32,000 bases of DNA. It comes from Psychrobacter sp. DM4. Its GTDB lineage: Bacteria > Pseudomonadota > Gammaproteobacteria > Pseudomonadales > Moraxellaceae. A program made the position numbers and the translations under genes. The stretch is taken from assembly GCF_051307035.1 (NCBI RefSeq), contig NZ_CP195536.1:2220001-2252000 (forward strand), read 5' to 3'. This document shows, piece after piece, positions 26,839 to 32,000 of this stretch. The notes below the pieces were generated by a model. That model did no database searches. It was not told the origin of the DNA and was given only the letters and a program-made list of their open reading frames with translations. Position 1 is the first letter of the stretch, and each line of letters starts with the position of its first letter.

Positions 26839-27525
26839 CTATTGTTGGACTAACGATAACTCTTCACGCATAGCGTCGATCGCTGTCTTATAATCCTCTT
26901 GATTGAATATCGCAGAGCCTGCGACAAACATATCAGCGCCCGCCTCAGCGATAGCGCGAATGTTGTTCGCCTTGATACCACCATCAACTTCTAATCTAAT
27001 ATCACGGCCACTAGCATCAATGCGTTGTCTGACTTCGCGGACTTTATCTAAAGTGCTGTCAATAAATGACTGGCCACCAAAACCTGGATTGACGCTCATA
27101 AGTAGTATCTGATCGACTTTATCCATCACGTAATCTAAGTAATGTAATGGCGTGGCAGGGTTGAACACCAGACCACATCTAGCCCCGCCATCTTTGATCA
27201 GTTGCAATGAGCGATCAATATGATGACTAGCTTCTGGGTGAAAGGTAATAATACTGGCGTCCGCTTCTAAAAATTGCTCAATCATGCCATCGACTGGCGA
27301 TACCATTAGATGCACATCGATAGGCGCATCGATACCATAGTCCCGTAACGCTTTGCATATCATGCTACCAAAGGTCAGGTTGGGTACATAATGATTGTCC
27401 ATCACATCAAAGTGAATGACGTCCGCACCAGCAGCCATCACAGTCTTGACCTCTTCGCCTAAGCGCGCAAAATCAGCGGATAAGATAGAGGGAGCAATTA
27501 GATAAGGTTTGTCAGGACAGATCAT
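26839..27525 (-). CDS. rpe: Ribulose-phosphate 3-epimerase
   Basis: [51 protein letters not shown] and EVDGGI motifs. Confidence 0.95.
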   Translation of the reverse strand: MICPDKPYLIAPSILSADFARLGEEVKTVMAAGADVIHFDVMDNHYVPNLTFGSMICKALRDYGIDAPIDVHLMVSPVDGMIEQFLEADASIITFHPEASHHIDRSLQLIKDGGARCGLVFNPATPLHYLDYVMDKVDQILLMSVNPGFGGQSFIDSTLDKVREVRQRIDASGRDIRLEVDGGIKANNIRAIAEAGADMFVAGSAIFNQEDYKTAIDAMREELSLVQQ

Positions 27526-27601
27526 AGTAGATTACCTATTGAGCGTCATTTAGTTAAAAAAGTTTGGGTCGTTGTATTTATATACTAGTAGCGATATACC
27601 A

Positions 27602-28021
27602 CTATCGGGGTTTATACTGAGTTTTACAATAGGCACGGCCCACTTCAAAACCGCGCTTGGCCTGATGTTTGGTATCACGCCCAGTGACGCGTTGACGCCA
27701 CAAACGAAATGAGGACGGTTTAAGCTCTTTTCGCATCAAATCAATTACATCAGATTCACTTAGACCAAAGCTATGCTCTATCGCTGAAAATGGCGTTCTA
27801 TCTTCCCACGCCATCTCTATCAAACGTGATATCTGTACTGGGTCTAGCTCTTTGTTACCAGATTTGTCTATCTCATTCAATAACAGATCGGACTCGCTAT
27901 CTGGCGCAGTATCATTCTGCTTTTGCTCTATAGCCTTGTCCATATCAGCTTGCATAATCGCGAGCGACGAGCCGCCATTGTCTATCTGAGTAGCTACTGA
28001 TAATGAGGGTTGATCTACCAT
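27602..28021 (-). CDS. TIGR03643/DUF2805-family protein with an acidic N-terminal extension
   Basis: The C-terminal IEMAWEDRTPFSAIEHSFGLSESDVIDLMRKELKPSSFRLWRQRVTGRDTKH matches the family core as I recall it. I prefer the ATG at 28021 (AAGGT SD, 7 nt spacer); the ATGATG at 28045 is an alternative. Confidence 0.75.
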   Translation of the reverse strand: MVDQPSLSVATQIDNGGSSLAIMQADMDKAIEQKQNDTAPDSESDLLLNEIDKSGNKELDPVQISRLIEMAWEDRTPFSAIEHSFGLSESDVIDLMRKELKPSSFRLWRQRVTGRDTKHQAKRGFEVGRAYCKTQYKPR

Positions 28022-28247
28022 AAAGATTACCTTTTTAAGCATCATATTAAGAAATAATCATAACGCGAATGGCAAAAATCTGCCGATATATCTAGCAACA
28101 GCGCAGTCATAAAAACACCCTTTAAATCTAAAAATAGGGTGCTTTATCAATCAGATAGTGACAGCTTACTTTTAATCAAAGCTATCAAGGTAGACTGAGT
28201 TTATTACTGACTTATCAGATGCTTTCACTCATGGTTCGAGATAATAG

Positions 28248-29147
28248 TTAAGCAAGCTGCGCCATACGCCAATGATGCCAAATATGATCGTTAATCACCG
28301 TTTGAATAAAGTAATAACTGTGATCATGACCTGCTTGGTAGCGAAGCGTTAACGGCTGCTCAGCTTTATCACAGGCTTGCTGTAATTTCTCTGTTTGCAA
28401 TTGTCCTTCTGCTAAGAAATTGTCAGCAGCCCCTTGATCGACTAAGACGCCGGCATACTGCTGGCCAACTCTAGCAATCGTATGCGCCGCGTCCGCTTGC
28501 GTCCAAAGCTCTTTGTCATCGCCAAAGTATTCGGTATAGGCTGCCTGACCCCAATCGGACTCGCTAGCGGCGCAAACAGGCGATAGAGCTGAGACGCTGA
28601 CAAACTTACTTGGAAATTTAAAACCAAGTAGTAACGCACCATGTCCGCCCATAGAGTGACCCATAATACCGATGCTGCTAATCGCAAACTCGCTACGCAG
28701 CAGATCATACAGCTCATCAACGATATAGCTTTGCATATTGAAATTCTCAGACCAAGGTGCTTTTGTTGCATCGACATAGTAACTCGCCCCTTGTCCGACA
28801 AAGTAGCGTTCATCGTCTGGTACCTCATCATCGTCACTACTACGAGGTGAGGTATCAGGCGCTATAAATATCATGCCAAGCTCACTACATTTTTGTTGAA
28901 AGTGAGCTTTGTGCGTGACGTTATCAGCGTTACAAGTTAACCCTGATAGATACAAAATCGCAGGACATCGTTGTCCTGCTAGCGCCTCATCTGGCAAATA
29001 GATACTAAAAGTCATCGATGTTTTGGTCGCTGGGGACTCATGACGGTAATAATGCTGCTCACCATCAAAGCAACGGTTGACACTGATTTGGGTCATTTGA
29101 GAGTTAGTAGCTAAGCTATGAGCGTAAGCATTATTCACGACAAGCAT
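28248..29147 (-). CDS. fghA: S-formylglutathione hydrolase (esterase D family)
   Basis: YLSGLTCN, nucleophile elbow GHSMGGHGAL and C-terminal GHDHSYYFI (His of the triad). The start is uncertain; the ATG at 29096 would be closer to the E. coli FrmB length. Confidence 0.9.
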   Translation of the reverse strand: MLVVNNAYAHSLATNSQMTQISVNRCFDGEQHYYRHESPATKTSMTFSIYLPDEALAGQRCPAILYLSGLTCNADNVTHKAHFQQKCSELGMIFIAPDTSPRSSDDDEVPDDERYFVGQGASYYVDATKAPWSENFNMQSYIVDELYDLLRSEFAISSIGIMGHSMGGHGALLLGFKFPSKFVSVSALSPVCAASESDWGQAAYTEYFGDDKELWTQADAAHTIARVGQQYAGVLVDQGAADNFLAEGQLQTEKLQQACDKAEQPLTLRYQAGHDHSYYFIQTVINDHIWHHWRMAQLA

Positions 29148-29212
29148 CCTTTTAATAAAAAAATAAAAAAATCGGGTATCTTATAGACTCAAAACTTTAT
29201 TGCCTATACTTT

Positions 29213-30658
29213 TTATTCAACCACTAGTATTGTCTCAGATGTAATATCATCCTTGTTACGTTCAACACTATCGTTCAGTAGTGCTGGACGCTGATTAAAG
29301 AGTGCTTGTTCGAACGCTGGTAACGCCGTTTCCATCAGACTCCCAATCACCATTTGCGGCTCTGAGGGCTCAAAACCCATAAAACCTTCACGCTCTTGTA
29401 TGCGTAGACGAGCATCCTTAAAGGCATCAGTAAAGCTAGTATTCTCGCGCAAGCTCTCAGCGAAGAATGCTTGACCAAAATAAGTCATCTCAGCGGTATT
29501 GGTACAGCCAAATGACATTTTGTCCGCTGCTGATGCGGTGATAACTACTGTCGTTGGTGAGGCTAAATCATCAATAAACGAGCCTGAATAACAAGCAGAT
29601 ATAACAACAACTCGCCAGCGAATACTCGCACTATCTAACGCCTCACGTAGCCAAACGGCGTCCAGATTGTCCATCTCAACAGGCGTATTTTCGAGTTGAA
29701 TGATGTCCTTATTGCCATGAGAAGATAAAGTCAAAAGTAGCACATCCTCATCAGTATTCATTTGCTGACCGATTTTTTTGAGACCTTGCAAGATACTGGT
29801 CTTGGTCGCAATAGGCTCATCCGTCCAGCTATATGTATTATTAATGAGTGATAACGAGTGCCCGCTAGTACCAAAACGCACATCAAAAAGCTCTCGAGCA
29901 TGCATAATCTCCGAGCGAAACACGTCTTGTCCTGCAAAACCTGCAACACCCATAAAGTACCAGTCTGTCTGACCTAAGACACTAGGATCAATGCTATTTA
30001 AGGCTTGCTGCAACAGGCGCGGCTGCTCGTATAACGCGGCCTCCTCCAGCACAGGCTGCACCGGTATCTGCTTAAAGATAGGCTGATCTGCCACGTTGTT
30101 TTGCCAAATTGTTAATAACGCGACCACTCCGACCAACACGATAATGCGCTCCCACCACGGCGCACGCAGGCGACGAGAGAATATCCAAAGCAGTGCCACC
30201 GTCTGCCACAAAAACAGCAGCAAAAACAGTATCGGCAAAAAGGAATAACTCCACTCAGGCAGCCAGCCTTGATGACCAAAAAACTGTACTAGGCTTTGTA
30301 GCAAGGCTGATAAAGTATCTGCAACGAGCCAAAGCACCACAGGGACAAACAGCAAGCCTTGATTACCTGAGCGCCGCGCCAAGATGATACCACCAAGCAA
30401 AATAATCACCGGCCAAATCAAATAACTGACCAGACCTTGCTCATTGAACACGCTACCGCTCTCGGCAGCTAGCCACGAAAACAAAACGTTGCTACCAAGG
30501 GCGAGTACTGCAAATAGAGCGAACTGAAAAAACGTCGGTTTAACCCAAGAAAACGCACGCGTCGAGCCTACAAGCATCCACAAGGCTGCGATGATATTGG
30601 CCGCAAAATTGAGTGAGAAGCGTTGAAGCGAGGTGGTTTTTAGTGATGAGAGTGACAA
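29213..30658 (-). CDS. Membrane-anchored C13 (legumain-like, clan CD) cysteine peptidase family protein
   Basis: About six N-terminal hydrophobic spans. The C-terminal domain carries LLTLSSHGNKD (His-Gly) and VVVISACYSGSF (Ala-Cys), like the legumain catalytic dyad contexts. TTG start with GAGG SD 9 nt upstream. Confidence 0.8.
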   Translation of the reverse strand: MSLSSLKTTSLQRFSLNFAANIIAALWMLVGSTRAFSWVKPTFFQFALFAVLALGSNVLFSWLAAESGSVFNEQGLVSYLIWPVIILLGGIILARRSGNQGLLFVPVVLWLVADTLSALLQSLVQFFGHQGWLPEWSYSFLPILFLLLFLWQTVALLWIFSRRLRAPWWERIIVLVGVVALLTIWQNNVADQPIFKQIPVQPVLEEAALYEQPRLLQQALNSIDPSVLGQTDWYFMGVAGFAGQDVFRSEIMHARELFDVRFGTSGHSLSLINNTYSWTDEPIATKTSILQGLKKIGQQMNTDEDVLLLTLSSHGNKDIIQLENTPVEMDNLDAVWLREALDSASIRWRVVVISACYSGSFIDDLASPTTVVITASAADKMSFGCTNTAEMTYFGQAFFAESLRENTSFTDAFKDARLRIQEREGFMGFEPSEPQMVIGSLMETALPAFEQALFNQRPALLNDSVERNKDDITSETILVVE

Positions 30659-30671
30659 AGAGGTAGACCTC

Positions 30672-30684
30672 TATCGATTCGATA
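30672..30684. repeat. 13-bp perfect palindrome TATCGA-T-TCGATA just upstream of the C13 peptidase start
   Basis: Read directly from the sequence. It lies 14-26 nt upstream of the TTG start, next to the SD. Confidence 0.9.
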
Positions 30685-30712
30685 AATGGGTAGGCAGTGG
30701 AGCTATCAATAT

Positions 30713-30759
30713 AAGTAATGACTCTAATCTAAGCAATGACTCTAATCTAAGCAATGACT
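30713..30759. repeat. 18-bp direct tandem repeat, 2.6 copies (AAGYAATGACTCTAATCT)
   Basis: Copy 1 is AAGTAATGACTCTAATCT (30713-30730), copy 2 is AAGCAATGACTCTAATCT (30731-30748) and the partial copy 3 is AAGCAATGACT (30749-30759). A further GAATGAC occurs at 30770-30776. Confidence 0.95.
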
Positions 30760-30914
30760 GTTCACCGTTGAATGACATGTGAGTATTTGCAGCATGTTAA
30801 GGGATTCACAAAGCCAAAATATTTGAGTGATTAGTCTAACGCGATTGTAACGGATTGTCAGTGACCACTATAACTATGATTTGTAAATACTTATAAAAAC
30901 AGCATTAAACCTAT

Positions 30915-30946
30915 ATAAAAAAGACCTTATATAAAGGTCTCTTTTT
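30915..30946 (-). terminator. Rho-independent terminator of htpG
   Basis: 7-bp stem AGACCTT (30922-30928) / AAGGTCT (30934-30940) with a 5-nt loop and A/T runs on both sides. It lies about 30 nt after the htpG stop. Confidence 0.6.
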
Positions 30947-30971
30947 AATAAACAATTAAAGCTCGTTAACT

Positions 30972-32000
30972 CTAGCGCATCAACAGCTCATTCACGCGTT
31001 TAAGATAAGCGGCGGGATCATCGAGCTGACCGCCATCGGCTAGTAGCGCTTGATCAAAGATGACTTGTGCCAACTTATCAAAATCGCCGTCCGCCTGCTC
31101 GCTGCTCTCTAGTTTTTTGATCAGCGGATGATCAGGGTTGACCTCCAAGATAGGTTGCGTCTCTGGCACTTCTTGACCCATTTGCTGTAGCATCTGAATC
31201 ATCTGCGGTGACAGCTCCCCTTCTGCTGTGACTAGGATAGCAGGGCTATCTACCAAACGATTAGAGACACGGACATCTTTGGCGCGGGCGCCTAGTGCTG
31301 TTTTAAGCTTATCGACGACAGGCTTCATGCTCTCCTGCGCCTTTTGAGATTCCGCCTTTTCTTCTTCGTCTTGTAAGTCGCCCAAATCTACCGCACCTTT
31401 GGCGATATTCTGTAGCGGCGTCTCATCGAATGAGGTTAAGAAGTTCATCGCCCATTCATCAACGCGGCTGGTCATCAAGATAACTTCGATACCCTTCTTT
31501 TTGAATAGCTCAAGTTGTGGGCTGTTCTTTGCCGCAGCCAAGTTGTCAGCAGTCAGATAATAGATGGCTTTTTGACCGTCAATCATCCGCGCTTTGTAAT
31601 CCTCAAAGCTAGTCTCAACCTTGTCAGCAGTGCTAGTGACATAACGCAGCAATTTAGCAATGCGTTCTTGGTTGCCCATGTCCTCGCCAAGCCCTTCTTT
31701 GATGACGTCGCCAAACTCACTATAGAACTGAGCGAATTTTTCTTGTTTGCCGCTATCTTCACTATTGGCGAGACTCGCCAGCATCGTTAATATTCGACGG
31801 GCATTACCATCACGGATAGATTTGACGTCGCGCGACTCTTGTAATAACTCACGGCTGACATTCAACGGTAAGTCAGCTGAATCAATGACACCTTTAACAA
31901 AACGCAAGTACATTGGTAACAGCTGCTCGGCGTCATCCATAATGAACACCCGTTTGACATAAAGCTTGAGACCATGTTGCTGCTCACGGGTGTATAGATC
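30972..32000 (-). CDS. htpG: Molecular chaperone HtpG (Hsp90), C-terminal part; 5' end lies beyond the window
   Basis: The frame stays open to nt 32000 ([51 protein letters not shown]). This is the canonical Hsp90 middle-domain signature. Confidence 0.95.
   Translation of the reverse strand, partial: DLYTREQQHGLKLYVKRVFIMDDAEQLLPMYLRFVKGVIDSADLPLNVSRELLQESRDVKSIRDGNARRILTMLASLANSEDSGKQEKFAQFYSEFGDVIKEGLGEDMGNQERIAKLLRYVTSTADKVETSFEDYKARMIDGQKAIYYLTADNLAAAKNSPQLELFKKKGIEVILMTSRVDEWAMNFLTSFDETPLQNIAKGAVDLGDLQDEEEKAESQKAQESMKPVVDKLKTALGARAKDVRVSNRLVDSPAILVTAEGELSPQMIQMLQQMGQEVPETQPILEVNPDHPLIKKLESSEQADGDFDKLAQVIFDQALLADGGQLDDPAAYLKRVNELLMR

Noticed and set aside
28117-28142. Possible terminator hairpin after fghA (CACCCT-14 nt-AGGGTG, followed by a T-run on the minus strand).
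   Set aside because: It has only a 6-bp stem with a 14-nt loop, too weak to call with confidence.
28225-28245. GGTTCGA string resembling the tRNA T-arm consensus.
   Set aside because: The flanking sequence has no acceptor, D-arm or anticodon-arm complementarity, so it is not a tRNA.
28442-28837. 131-aa same-strand alternate-frame ORF inside fghA.
   Set aside because: The fghA frame carries the esterase GHSMGG elbow and the catalytic His context. The alternate frame has no motif and no SD.
1-32000. I looked across the whole window for CRISPR arrays, IS or transposase genes, integrases, phage modules, defence-system enzymes (nucleases, helicases, methyltransferases acting on DNA), toxin-antitoxin pairs, and rRNA/tRNA genes.
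   Set aside because: I found none. Every ORF over 200 aa has a housekeeping or envelope assignment. The only methyltransferases are the RNA-modifying RsmJ and MnmC.

Overview
This window looks like ordinary chromosomal core genome from an AT-leaning gammaproteobacterium. My guess is Moraxellaceae, Psychrobacter-like, based only on recognising the proteins and gene order. I support 36 protein-coding genes. Most are housekeeping: gor (5' partial), truD, yciV/trpH, yciB, yciI, mnmC, yjbQ, ubiA, rsmJ, uppP, tsaB, ffh, ypjD, purU, rpmB, rpmG (missing from the ORF track because it is under 60 aa), rpe, fghA and htpG (partial). Between them sit lineage-specific lipoproteins and small membrane proteins. 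I also call several rho-independent terminators, one sigma70-like promoter and one short tandem repeat. I found no tRNA, rRNA, CRISPR array, IS element, integrase, phage module or toxin-antitoxin-like pair. I do not see convincing evidence for a novel multi-gene system. The best leads are single genes or small elements. (1) An AT-rich gene between purU and rpmBG encodes an 814-aa multi-Ig-like lipoprotein. (2) A polytopic-membrane-anchored C13/legumain-like peptidase has an 18-bp tandem repeat and a palindrome in its upstream region. (3) Three small uncharacterised genes lie downstream of rpe. (4) A Rieske [2Fe-2S] domain is fused to an FAD/NAD reductase. (5) rpmB-rpmG has a long, hairpin-containing leader. 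All family assignments come from motif recognition by eye; no searches were run.
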